A stretch of 64,000 bases of DNA from Pseudomonadota bacterium (GCA_036337195.1 JAYZES010000002.1:3197-67196); one strand, 5' to 3'; shown: positions 52,723 through 62,536, numbered from the stretch's first letter. The notes: generated from the letters alone by a model not told the origin. Numbers and translations are program-made.

Positions 52723-53496
52723 ATGGCCAATAAATCATTACATTATTTTGAGTTCAAAACTAACCGTTTTGGGGGGGTTTTGATTAATCCTAGCTCCCTA
52801 CCTAGTGAAACAGTAGATTTCACCAATCAACTAGAGAACTCTCTCGAAGAGTGGAAAAAAGAGAAATTTTTATCGGTTTGGCTTGAGATACCTATATCCA
52901 AATCTAGGCTCATTCCTCTTGCGGTCGACTTGGGATTCGAATTTCATCACAGCAATGAAAACTATTTAATGATGACTAATAAGCTGGAAGAAAATACATT
53001 TATACCTCCCTACGCCACACACTACATTGGAGCTGGTGGTGTTGTTATCAATGCAAAAGATGAATTACTTGTTGTAAGTGAGCGTTATCGAGGCTCCGAG
53101 AAGTCGCCATTCATCTACAAATTGCCTGGCGGAACTCTTCTCGAAGGTGAGCACCTTGCTGAAGGCTTAGTAAGAGAAGTTAAGGAGGAAACAGGTATCG
53201 ATACGGAGTTTGAATATTTGATTTGCTTTCGACATTGGCATGGATACAAGCATGGGAAGTCTGATATCTACTTTGTCTGTAGGTTACATCCTTTAACTCA
53301 CCATATTACCCGACAAGAGGCTGAAATTGCCGATTGCCGATGGATGTCAATTCGGGACTACCTGTTAACAAAGCAAGTAAGCGAGTTCAATAAACGTATA
53401 GTCAAGGCGGCCCTAACCAACAAGGGCCTTACTGCAGCAGAGATTGGGGGATACTCAAATCAATCAACACATGAATTTTTTATGCCTAATCTATAA
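52723..53496 (+). CDS. Nudix hydrolase with an N-terminal accessory domain (NUDT6-like architecture)
   Basis: 257 aa with the Nudix box GGTLLEGEHLAEGLVREVKEETGI. Confidence 0.8.
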   Translation: MANKSLHYFEFKTNRFGGVLINPSSLPSETVDFTNQLENSLEEWKKEKFLSVWLEIPISKSRLIPLAVDLGFEFHHSNENYLMMTNKLEENTFIPPYATHYIGAGGVVINAKDELLVVSERYRGSEKSPFIYKLPGGTLLEGEHLAEGLVREVKEETGIDTEFEYLICFRHWHGYKHGKSDIYFVCRLHPLTHHITRQEAEIADCRWMSIRDYLLTKQVSEFNKRIVKAALTNKGLTAAEIGGYSNQSTHEFFMPNL

Positions 53497-53550
53497 ACCT
53501 AACAATTATGAAAGGAAGGTTTTGGTTTTCTAACCTACCTCTGAGAGCAT

Positions 53551-53775
53551 TTATAGTCCGCAGTCTGGCCTTGTTGAGAGATTTTTTGGCACTACCTCAT
53601 TAGCCAGCAACTTCATAGAAGTTTTCCACATAAATTCACGATCGTAGTCGTGATTCCACATTAATAATGTTCCGAAGTGACCCCACACTGCATCCAAAGT
53701 AGCCGACTTATTGCATGCAACCATTACAGCTAAACCTGTTTTATTACCAACCAACTCACTTAACGGGCTTCCCAT
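53551..53775 (-). pseudogene. C-terminal remnant of an LLM-class (LimB-like) flavin monooxygenase
   Basis: The 74 aa ORF reads ELVGNKTG...LDAVWGHFGTLLMWNHDYDREFMWKTSMKLLANEVVPK. This resembles the conserved C-terminal ~70 aa of ~350 aa LLM monooxygenases (VVGTPD...FGTxLxxxHDWA...RSxELxAxxVxP). The N-terminal ~270 aa are absent, and the ORF overlaps the end of the ADP-ribosylglycohydrolase gene. Confidence 0.4.
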
Positions 53776-54773
53776 GCTTGATACAAACGCTTGCCTAGAG
53801 AATGAATTTCGCTACTGTACATAACTTTTTCGGCTAAACCGATAGGAAGTGCGGACACCCCATTAAAGGCACCACTTATGGAACCAGCAATTGCTGCCGT
53901 AGTGTCAACATCTCCACCCGCGCGCAGAGCACAGTCTACAGTTTCTAAATAGTTATTGGGTGACTTTATAAACGCATAAAGGGCCATCAAAACGGTTGGC
54001 TCAGTACTTACCGGAATTCCAAACCAATTATGCTCTTTAAGACTTAAGCGAGAATCTTCCAACATTATAGAATCAATAGCTGCAAGAACCTCTGTATCCG
54101 AAAGAGACACCCATTTCTTAATCAAAAGAATATGTTCGGCGAGATCCTCATCTTGTTTCATAACCGTGTTCGCAACTGAATCTACAAACTCTTCGACTGA
54201 AAACTTCGTTTGTGAAACGACAAAGGCAACAGCAGCTCCTATAGCAAGTGCCCCCGAAATTGCTCTGGGATGCCGATGAGTGATTACACTTGCTTTGAAA
54301 ACATCATCTTCGAGATTTTTAGCTTGTTCATGATCCCACAGCCCAACTGGTGCGATACGCATAGCTGCCCCATTCCAAGGCTTATCATTTGCTAAAGCCG
54401 CTTCGTCCCAAGGAACGCCCTCAATCAACCTTTTGACCGCATTATCTGCAACCTTACCCTGGCCAACAATTTCGCCTGATTGCCATAATTTTACAAATTC
54501 AGAAGCGATAGCGCCGCCATGAACATCACCACTACTCAAAATGCCTTTAACAACTGCGATGGTAAGCTGGGTATCGTCAGTGCATTGACCCAAAGGAAAT
54601 GGCTTTTCTCTCGTTTTTTTGTGATGACACTCCCTAAAATAGCTCGTCAGATTGTCAAGTGCCAAGATTTTTTCTCGAGACCAATTTTCAATCGGCGCAC
54701 CTAGTGCATCGCCGATTGCACAGCCCAATAAGCATCCAATAAACTGATCTTCTTTTTCCATAATTCTTCGCAT
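53760..54773 (-). CDS. ADP-ribosylglycohydrolase family protein (DraG/ARH-like)
   Basis: Contains GCLLGCAIGDALGAPIE, CTDDTQLT and GGDVDTTAAIAGSISGA metal-binding blocks. The track start TTG 54803 lies within a TTGTATAAT promoter-like string, so I prefer ATG 54773 (or 54761). Confidence 0.8.
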   Translation of the reverse strand: MRRIMEKEDQFIGCLLGCAIGDALGAPIENWSREKILALDNLTSYFRECHHKKTREKPFPLGQCTDDTQLTIAVVKGILSSGDVHGGAIASEFVKLWQSGEIVGQGKVADNAVKRLIEGVPWDEAALANDKPWNGAAMRIAPVGLWDHEQAKNLEDDVFKASVITHRHPRAISGALAIGAAVAFVVSQTKFSVEEFVDSVANTVMKQDEDLAEHILLIKKWVSLSDTEVLAAIDSIMLEDSRLSLKEHNWFGIPVSTEPTVLMALYAFIKSPNNYLETVDCALRAGGDVDTTAAIAGSISGAFNGVSALPIGLAEKVMYSSEIHSLGKRLYQAWEAR

Positions 54774-54899
54774 TCGCTCAGTTCGCCGGGGCTTATTATA
54801 CAAACTCGAATCATTAGCTGCCCCAGATAAATTCCATCACAGCGAAGTACTATTGAAATTTGTATACTACGCAGCACTAATTATTAAGGAGCTGGTTCA

Positions 54900-55781
54900 A
54901 TGCCGATAGATTCGAAGACCCACGAAGCGCTTGGCCTTCACAAGCCATCTTCGAAGAGTATAAGCGCAACAACCCCGAAGGGAAAATCTTGGACAGAACC
55001 GGAAGGTGATCGACAATATCATCCCTGCGCAGAAGCCTATCCGAAGCAGGGGTTGCCGAAAGGCGAGGTATTTCATATCAAAGATTGGTCAAGTAGCAAT
55101 ATCTATCCAAACTCATCTCGTGATATTTACATTTACACTCCACCGAGAACAAACCCAATAACTGAGTCTCCCTCACTCGCATTTTTTAATGATGGAGCAA
55201 TGTATGTTGATCCCAATGGATCAGTTCGCGCAGCACAGGTTATGGACAATCTCATACAGTCAAAGGATATACCGCCGACAGTGGGTGTTTTCGTTAATCC
55301 AGGGAAAGAGCGAAGCTTCGAATATGACTCAATGACGCCCACATTCGTTAACTTCATCAACGAGGAAATACTCCCTCTAGTAGAAAGTTATCTTGGATAC
55401 GAAGTGCATAAGGATCCTGAAAGGCGTCTCATTTGTGGTATGTCGAGTGGAGGGATATGTGCTTTTAACGCTGCATGGCATTCTCCAAATAGTTTTGGTC
55501 GCGTGCTATCACATTGCGGTTCATTCACGAACATCCGAGGCGGTCATAATTATCCTTACCTCGTAAGGAGTTCAGAAGAGAAGCCGATCAAGATATTGCT
55601 ACAATCCGGAAATCATGACTTAAATATACTTTACGGGAACTGGGCTATTGCCAATAAAGATATGGCATCCGCGCTCGAGTTCTCAGGCTACGACTATAGG
55701 TTTATCTTTGGAGAGGGTGCTCATAGTTTAAGACATGGTGGGGCAATTTTTGCCGACTCCTTAAGGTGGTTATGGTCATGA
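54900..55781 (+). CDS. Alpha/beta-hydrolase esterase (putative-esterase / enterochelin-esterase-like family)
   Basis: 293 aa with the nucleophile elbow GMSSGG and a distal H in GEGAHS. No signal peptide. Confidence 0.65.
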   Translation: MPIDSKTHEALGLHKPSSKSISATTPKGKSWTEPEGDRQYHPCAEAYPKQGLPKGEVFHIKDWSSSNIYPNSSRDIYIYTPPRTNPITESPSLAFFNDGAMYVDPNGSVRAAQVMDNLIQSKDIPPTVGVFVNPGKERSFEYDSMTPTFVNFINEEILPLVESYLGYEVHKDPERRLICGMSSGGICAFNAAWHSPNSFGRVLSHCGSFTNIRGGHNYPYLVRSSEEKPIKILLQSGNHDLNILYGNWAIANKDMASALEFSGYDYRFIFGEGAHSLRHGGAIFADSLRWLWS

Positions 55782-57652
55782 GCACGAAAATAATAAGTTT
55801 CACTGTTTCAATCTTCATATTTGCCTCCGTCAGCATTAACGCCGTCTTAGGATCGCCAAAAAAAAACTACTCGCCCTTTGTTGAAAGAAACTATCCAACA
55901 GCGGTCCTCTGGGGTGATACTCATCTTCATAGTACGTTTTCACATGACGCTTTCCACAATGGGAATCGACTGACTCCAGACGACGCGTATCGCTTCGCGA
56001 AAGGAGAAACAGTGATATCAAGCAGCGGGCAAGAGGTCAGGCTCAGAAGGCCACTAGATTTTCTCATGGTATCGGATCACGCCGAAAATCTCGGAGTATT
56101 ACCCCAACTCGCTATCGGCGGTGGATCACTCCCAGAAACTGAGGCGCGTGAGTATTGGTCTAAAAGAGTCACAGAGCTTCCCCCAGTAAGCGAAATTCTT
56201 CGAGTCCGTTCTCTAGAGAACTTTCTGCAAAGACGCAGGCTGCTATCGGCCGCCTCTGGAGCGAGACATGCTGACTACGCTCTCACCAAAGAATTTCAAC
56301 AGAGTATTTGGGGAGAAGTGATCGCGAATGCTGAACGACATAATGATCCTGGTACCTTCACCACTTTCATCGGTTTTGAATGGAGTGCAACAGTGCCCAT
56401 TGCGGGCGCGAAATCGAGGATGAACCATAGAAATGTACTTTTTCGAGGAGGTAAAAAGGTAACTAGTCAGGTACTTCCATACTCGCGTTTTGACAGTAGC
56501 GACCCTCAGGATCTTTGGAAGTATTTAAAGGACTATGAGGAAAAAACTGGAGGACAAGTTTTAGCGATCCCCCACAATTCAAACCTGAGTGGTGGTTTTA
56601 CATTCCAAACCAAAACCTTAAAGGGTGAAGTCTTCACACAAGATTACGCGACCGAGCGCTCTCGCTGGGAACCCATAGTCGAAATCACTCAAAGGAAAGG
56701 CGATGGGGAAACGCACCCTCTCGTGTCACCCACGGACGATTTTGCCGACTACGAAACGCATATTTGGTCCAAAAAAGGAGGAGCCACGCTAAGGGAAGCA
56801 AAATCCTATGCACGGCCAGCTCTAAAGGAAGGACTAAATCAGCATGCTAAGCTGGGGGTTAATCCTTTTAAATTCGGTGTAATCGGTAGCACCGATGCGC
56901 ATAATTCCCTTTCTACCGCAAGAGAGGATAATTATTGGGGTAGCACAGCGCTCGCTGAGGCAAGCCCATATCGCACCCGCATTACGGGTATGGATCGCGC
57001 CGCCTCTGGTTACGCCGCAGTATGGGCAACTGCGAACACTAGGGCAGCTATCTTTGATGCATTACTCCGGCGAGAGGTCTACGCGTCTACCGGACCAAGA
57101 ATTACCGTACGCTTTTTTGGCGGATGGAACTATGTATCTGAGGATTTGTTTCACCCAAACCTAGCGCAAATAGGTTATTCAAAAGGAGTGCCTATGGGAG
57201 GTGATCTTTCTCTCGCTCCGGAAAACCTATCTCCAAGCTTTCTCATCCAGGCAGTGAAAGAAGCCGACGGGGCTAACCTCGATAGAGTACAAGTAATAAA
57301 AGGATGGAGAGATAGTAATGGTCAGCTACACGAAAAAATTTACAATGTCGCCTTGTCTGATGGCCGCTCTGAAACAGCGGATGGCGAAGTTCCCAAATTA
57401 TTAAGTACTGTAGACGTCAAGAATGCCTCTTATTCAAATAGTATTGGCGCCCCAAAATTATCCGTAGTATGGACTGATCCTAATTTCAAGAAGGACGAAC
57501 CCTCTTTCTATTATCTGCGTGTACTGGAAATACCTACCCCCAGATGGACCGCCTACGATGCCAACTACTACCGACTCACCGATTTACCCGATGAGACCGA
57601 AATGATCACGCAAGAACGTGCTTACACATCTCCCATTTGGTATTCTCCTTAA
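55778..57652 (+). CDS. DUF3604-family protein (PHP-like metal site), secreted
   Basis: Signal peptide MSTKIISFTVSIFIFASVSINAVLG and the GDTHLHSTFSHDA motif, with size and C-terminal blocks typical of DUF3604. ATG 55778 overlaps the esterase stop (ATGA). Confidence 0.65.
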   Translation: MSTKIISFTVSIFIFASVSINAVLGSPKKNYSPFVERNYPTAVLWGDTHLHSTFSHDAFHNGNRLTPDDAYRFAKGETVISSSGQEVRLRRPLDFLMVSDHAENLGVLPQLAIGGGSLPETEAREYWSKRVTELPPVSEILRVRSLENFLQRRRLLSAASGARHADYALTKEFQQSIWGEVIANAERHNDPGTFTTFIGFEWSATVPIAGAKSRMNHRNVLFRGGKKVTSQVLPYSRFDSSDPQDLWKYLKDYEEKTGGQVLAIPHNSNLSGGFTFQTKTLKGEVFTQDYATERSRWEPIVEITQRKGDGETHPLVSPTDDFADYETHIWSKKGGATLREAKSYARPALKEGLNQHAKLGVNPFKFGVIGSTDAHNSLSTAREDNYWGSTALAEASPYRTRITGMDRAASGYAAVWATANTRAAIFDALLRREVYASTGPRITVRFFGGWNYVSEDLFHPNLAQIGYSKGVPMGGDLSLAPENLSPSFLIQAVKEADGANLDRVQVIKGWRDSNGQLHEKIYNVALSDGRSETADGEVPKLLSTVDVKNASYSNSIGAPKLSVVWTDPNFKKDEPSFYYLRVLEIPTPRWTAYDANYYRLTDLPDETEMITQERAYTSPIWYSP

Positions 57653-57662
57653 AGTATATTAT

Positions 57663-59102
57663 TTAGAGTTGAAAGCGTTTTTCCATTTCAAATACATCAC
57701 CACTTTTTCGCATCCAATCAGCAAGTAATAACTGCATCCGTCCCAGCTCATCTTCATGGCTTGAGCTATTGACTAAGTTATTCATCTCCCCCGGGTCGTT
57801 ACTTAAATCAAAAAGCTCACCTTCCGGCCCAAAATAATGTACGTACTTCCATACACCATCAACAACCATTCGTACTGGATACAACTGACCATAAAAACGA
57901 TTATACTCGCCGAAGATCGGTTGTTTCCTTGGCGTTTTCTGACCCATAAAACTTTCCGCAAGAGAAGGCATGTCCATTTCACTTCGAGATGGTATATCAG
58001 CTAATTCAAGCAAGGTTGGCAGCAGCGATACTTGACTGACGGGTGTCTTATACCTTGCGTTTGTTACCTTCCCTGGCCAGTGAACAAGGAGTGGCACTTT
58101 CATCACTTCCTCATACATAAAAGCACCCTTGTCCTGCAATCGATGGGACCCCCCCATCTCTCCATGATCGCTTGAATATATAAGCATAGTATTGTCTTTT
58201 AGTTTTGACGAAGATAATGCCTCGACCAAGGTACCAACGAGATCATCAAGGTGCGTCACCATGCCTAAATAGTGCGCCCACGCAGATTTTAATTGATCTT
58301 GACTCGCTTCCCGGTACTGACGAAAAGTTGCCGGATGGCCCCGTAATTCAATAAACCGTTTTGGTGACGCATAATGCTCCACGTTTTCGGAAAGTATGAT
58401 TTCTGAAGGGTCGTACATTTCGTCATATGGTGCAGGCGGTGCAAAAGGCTGATGGGGCGAAGTCTCTGATAGAAAAAGAATAAACGGCTTCTCGTGCTCC
58501 TGCTTAATAAAATCTATTGCTTTGCGAAACGCGAAGGTCGCCGGAAAGTCGCTCTCCGCATACAAAGATACGCCATAGTTTAAGTCCTTGATAACATGGT
58601 CAGCGCCGTTTTGTTTTCCTTTTGAAATCTCATAACCCTTTGAAAGGGAATATTGCAACCAATCGTTCTGGTCCTCAGCATCGATATCAGTATCGTAGGA
58701 ACCAATTCTGATTATATAATCCTCAAAGCCTCTTCGATTTGCCCCTGTCATACAATGCCACTTACCAATATATGCTGTCTCATAACCACAATCTCGAAAA
58801 TAATGGCCCAGCCAAGGCATTACATCCTCCGAAGGGTGGTGCCAACCTGGGACGGGTCCGGTTTGTTCGTTAGGGACCTCGCCCCACAGATCAACGATTC
58901 CGTGTCTATGAGGGTAGGCGCCGGTTTGAATTGATACTCGGGCTGGTGTACACAGCGGTGCTGAGCAGTAGGCTCTCTCAAAACAAACACCATCTTCCGC
59001 TAGGGCGTCGAGATTAGGTGTGCGGACAGTGGGATTACCATAGCAACCAAGAGTATCAGCGCGCTGCTGATCTGTTAATATGACAATGATGTTTGGTCTC
59101 AT
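57663..59102 (-). CDS. Sulfatase (CTPAR formylglycine motif), no signal peptide
   Basis: 479 aa with IIVILTDQQRADTLGCYG, PLCTPARVSIQTG and SDHGEM blocks. Confidence 0.85.
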   Translation of the reverse strand: MRPNIIVILTDQQRADTLGCYGNPTVRTPNLDALAEDGVCFERAYCSAPLCTPARVSIQTGAYPHRHGIVDLWGEVPNEQTGPVPGWHHPSEDVMPWLGHYFRDCGYETAYIGKWHCMTGANRRGFEDYIIRIGSYDTDIDAEDQNDWLQYSLSKGYEISKGKQNGADHVIKDLNYGVSLYAESDFPATFAFRKAIDFIKQEHEKPFILFLSETSPHQPFAPPAPYDEMYDPSEIILSENVEHYASPKRFIELRGHPATFRQYREASQDQLKSAWAHYLGMVTHLDDLVGTLVEALSSSKLKDNTMLIYSSDHGEMGGSHRLQDKGAFMYEEVMKVPLLVHWPGKVTNARYKTPVSQVSLLPTLLELADIPSRSEMDMPSLAESFMGQKTPRKQPIFGEYNRFYGQLYPVRMVVDGVWKYVHYFGPEGELFDLSNDPGEMNNLVNSSSHEDELGRMQLLLADWMRKSGDVFEMEKRFQL

Positions 59103-59269
59103 TTACTTCCTCCTACTGAGTAATCGGAACTCAAATGTCAGGTCCGCTCCTACACTCCAATAAAAATAGTGTTAGATTATTAGCAGTGTAACGTCTATTA
59201 AGTAAGTGAACTAGGCAACCTTATGAAACAGGTAAACATGGTATCTTTTGGATCTCAGGAAAATTATGT

Positions 59270-60811
59270 ATGAAAACAGGCTTACTTCTGATCAGTTTTT
59301 ACCTTTCCGTGATGCAAACATCATTTGCCGGTAGTACACATAATCCTAATGTTATTCTTTTTTTGGTAGACGACATGGGCTGGAGTGATCTGGGTGTTTA
59401 CGGAAGTGATTTCTATGAAACCCCAAACATTGATGCGTTAGCCGACAAGGGCGTTCGTTTTACCGATGCCTATGCAGCCAGTCATGTTTGCTCACCGACT
59501 CGAGCAAGCATTCTCACTGGAAAATCTCCCGCACGATTAAAACTGACGGAATGGTTACCCGGACGTCCTGCAATGGATAATGAAGCCATCATCACTGCCC
59601 CCAAGGCAGCAGCACTATCTCTCGATGAAACTACAATTGCAGAGGCTTTCAAAGCCAATGGCTATCGTACTGCTATCGTTGGTAAATGGCATCTTGGTAA
59701 TGGCGAATTTGGCCCAGCTAATCAGGGGTTTGACTTCCAGGTGCCTAAAGAAAGCGGCTGCTGTCCAAGAGGGGGCTATCACCCCCCCTATAGTATGGAT
59801 GGGCTTACTATAGAGGGAAGAGATGACAAGTACTTGACTGATCGGCTTACAGAACTTGCAATTAACTTTATTGATCGACCGTCGGAAAAACCTTACTTTC
59901 TTTTCATCTCTCATTTCGCCGTTCATGACCCGATTCAGGGGAGGGCAGATCTAGTTGCGAAATATAGAAGAAAGCTTTCGTCCTCAAAACCAAAGACCAC
60001 CCCCGCTTTTATTCTCGAGGGAAACCCTGATGATCTAACTCCAATGACTAGAAAACAACTGAATGCATTGATAAGGGAGCCTACGCATACTGGCCATGGT
60101 AATTTGAGCGAACGCACCGTCAAGATAAAACAACACCAGGATAATATTGAATTTGCCGCAATGGTAGAAAGCGTTGATAACAGCCTGGGGCGAATATTAA
60201 AAACATTAGAAGAGAACGACGGTTCAGAGAACACTATAATCGTTTTTTACTCGGATAATGGCGGCATGTCGAATGGTAAGAGCAAGAAGGGTTATGATGT
60301 ACCAGTCGATACAATTTACGCCACATCAAATCTGCCCTTGCGAGGAGGTAAGGGTTGGCTCTATGAGGGCGGTATTCGGGTTCCCTTGATCATCTATTGG
60401 CCAAAAAAAGGTATGCAAGGCGAGAGTAGCAACTTACCGGTTATCAGCGCAGACTTATATCCTACCTTACTGGAGATGACAGACCTACCCGCTATACCCA
60501 AACAACATCTTGACGGGATAAGTTTTGCGAATGCCGTAAAGGGTGAGCCAGTAGAATCAAGACCGCTGTTCTGGCATTTCCCACACTACTCTAATCATGG
60601 GCAACAAAGTCCCGGCGGGGCTATTCGATTCGGATCGTATAAACTCCTCGAATATTTTGAAAACGGATCAGTCCAGCTATTCAACCTTCAGGATGATCCT
60701 GGCGAGCAAATCGATCTCGCGAAACGTGAACCCGAGAGGGCGAAGTCTTTACTCTCAGAGCTCCATGCTTGGAGAAAGCGTGTTGGCGCCGCGATGCCGA
60801 TTCGACGCTAG
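59270..60811 (+). CDS. Sulfatase (CSPTR formylglycine motif), secreted
   Basis: 513 aa with signal peptide MKTGLLLISFYLSVMQTSFA, then ILFLVDDMGWSDLG, HVCSPTRASILTG and SDNGG blocks. Confidence 0.88.
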   Translation: MKTGLLLISFYLSVMQTSFAGSTHNPNVILFLVDDMGWSDLGVYGSDFYETPNIDALADKGVRFTDAYAASHVCSPTRASILTGKSPARLKLTEWLPGRPAMDNEAIITAPKAAALSLDETTIAEAFKANGYRTAIVGKWHLGNGEFGPANQGFDFQVPKESGCCPRGGYHPPYSMDGLTIEGRDDKYLTDRLTELAINFIDRPSEKPYFLFISHFAVHDPIQGRADLVAKYRRKLSSSKPKTTPAFILEGNPDDLTPMTRKQLNALIREPTHTGHGNLSERTVKIKQHQDNIEFAAMVESVDNSLGRILKTLEENDGSENTIIVFYSDNGGMSNGKSKKGYDVPVDTIYATSNLPLRGGKGWLYEGGIRVPLIIYWPKKGMQGESSNLPVISADLYPTLLEMTDLPAIPKQHLDGISFANAVKGEPVESRPLFWHFPHYSNHGQQSPGGAIRFGSYKLLEYFENGSVQLFNLQDDPGEQIDLAKREPERAKSLLSELHAWRKRVGAAMPIRR

Positions 60812-60829
60812 GTGCCTGACCGGTTATCC

Positions 60830-62536
60830 TCAACCAAAGTCACGAATTACCTTCCCTCTCCTATCTCCAGTGAACTTTCCCTTTGCGATCAGCACTTTGC
60901 CAGCAACCAGTGTTGCATCATACCCTTCGCTTTTGGTAACGATACGACCAACGTTATGAGGTAAGTCACGTAAATATTCCGGATGACAGCATTTGAGATT
61001 CTCATAGTCAATAATATTGATATCAGCATGCCAGCCTTCGCGGATTTCGCCCCGCTCCCTCAAGCGAATAACCTGCGCAGACTGACCTGTTATTCGATGC
61101 ACTGCTTCCTCGAGAGAGAAGACACCGCGGTCTCTGGCTAGCTCACTTAGGAGGAAAGTGGGAGAGTCAGCATCCGTAAACAAACCCACATGGGCACCCG
61201 CATCCCCCAACATTGGAATGACTTGAGGCAAACGCATAAGCTCCCATTGCTGTTTCAATGAACTGCCAAAGGCCCAAAGATTCCATAATTCCCTTCCCTC
61301 AGACTCGATCAAACGATCCACGTAAACTTCTATTGGATGCTTACCAGCAGCTTCGGCAATACCCGTAAGTGTATTTTGATTATCAATGTCCCAACTCGGA
61401 TAATCATCCATTCCCATGGGATGAAGCAAGTGCGCAAAACTTAGAAACTGGTCCATCTCTTTTCCCTCTGAAATAAGTTTCTCACGCATACCAGGTTGCT
61501 TCATCGCCTCAACTCTTTCAGGAATAGATGCGAGCGACATCACAGCCTCCCAATTTGGTTTCAGTTCCGTTTGAGTCGGGTGAAAGACCGTTTGCGCTAA
61601 ACCAAAAAAAGAGCCGCTCGGTCGTGTGTGCACACAAGAAGACATTTTCTTACCGTCCTCATTATTGAGCTCGAGGAACTCCGCCCAGCCGGATACACCC
61701 CCATCATCAACATTTTTTCTTATCCCGTTTGAAAATACCACGTGACACCCTAAATCTGCCCCTGTTCGCAGTATTTCTTTCTCTCCATCACGACGTCCTG
61801 CGAAATCGAGGACGGCCTGAAAAAGGGTTCCGGGGCCACCAGTTTTAACGACAGCCTCTTGTATTGCCCGAATTTCCCTGTGATCAGAAAATGTTCCTGG
61901 GATCATCCGACCATCTAAAAGTTTGTGGTTCATGAAACGTGAAATTGATACTCCTACTGCGCCCTCTTCTATCGATTGTTCAACATGCTTAACAATCTTC
62001 GCCAACTCGCGTTCATCCGCTTGCACCCCCTCATTGCAACCCTTCTCACCCATCACGTCATAGCGAATTGTAGAATGGCCAGCAATGCCAACCATGTTTA
62101 TTCCCGGATTGAAGCTTTCCATGGTATCTAAGTACTCACCGAAACTATTCCAATTCCAAGGCAAACCATCGAGTATCGCATCAGTTGCAATATCTTCTAC
62201 CGCTTCCATCATCTCAGCCAAGAAACGATTATTTTCCTTGCGTACGGGTGCAAAAGAACAACCACAATTACCCATGACTGCGGTGGTAACGCCATGGTAA
62301 GAACTCGGTGTCATATTGGGATCCCAACCAGCTTGAGCATCAATATGCGTATGCAGATCGACAAAGCCCGGTGTGACAATTTTTCCACTTGCATCTATTG
62401 TCTCACCAGCAGTTTCTTCCGAAAGGTCGCCAATTCGACTGATCCGTCCGTCATCAATTGCGATGTCTAACCTTTTCGATGGTTGCCCAGTTCCATCGAT
62501 CACCTTCCCTCCGCGAATAATTGTTTCATGGACCAT
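60830..62536 (-). CDS. N-acyl-D-amino-acid deacylase (D-aminoacylase) family amidohydrolase
   Basis: The sequence reads IIRGGKVIDGTGQPSKRLDIAIDDGRISRIGD...VTPGFVDLHTHID. The start is trimmed to ATG 62536 (MVHETII); the longer track ORF adds a non-conserved hydrophobic extension. Confidence 0.75.
   Translation of the reverse strand: MVHETIIRGGKVIDGTGQPSKRLDIAIDDGRISRIGDLSEETAGETIDASGKIVTPGFVDLHTHIDAQAGWDPNMTPSSYHGVTTAVMGNCGCSFAPVRKENNRFLAEMMEAVEDIATDAILDGLPWNWNSFGEYLDTMESFNPGINMVGIAGHSTIRYDVMGEKGCNEGVQADERELAKIVKHVEQSIEEGAVGVSISRFMNHKLLDGRMIPGTFSDHREIRAIQEAVVKTGGPGTLFQAVLDFAGRRDGEKEILRTGADLGCHVVFSNGIRKNVDDGGVSGWAEFLELNNEDGKKMSSCVHTRPSGSFFGLAQTVFHPTQTELKPNWEAVMSLASIPERVEAMKQPGMREKLISEGKEMDQFLSFAHLLHPMGMDDYPSWDIDNQNTLTGIAEAAGKHPIEVYVDRLIESEGRELWNLWAFGSSLKQQWELMRLPQVIPMLGDAGAHVGLFTDADSPTFLLSELARDRGVFSLEEAVHRITGQSAQVIRLRERGEIREGWHADINIIDYENLKCCHPEYLRDLPHNVGRIVTKSEGYDATLVAGKVLIAKGKFTGDRRGKVIRDFG

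Noticed and set aside
55856-55866. An A9 homopolymer inside the DUF3604 coding region (GSPKKNY), considered as a possible slipped-strand phase-variation site.
   Set aside because: It is a single short run encoding Lys-Lys just after the signal peptide, which is common in AT-rich genomes. There is no evidence of a frameshifted alternative ORF.
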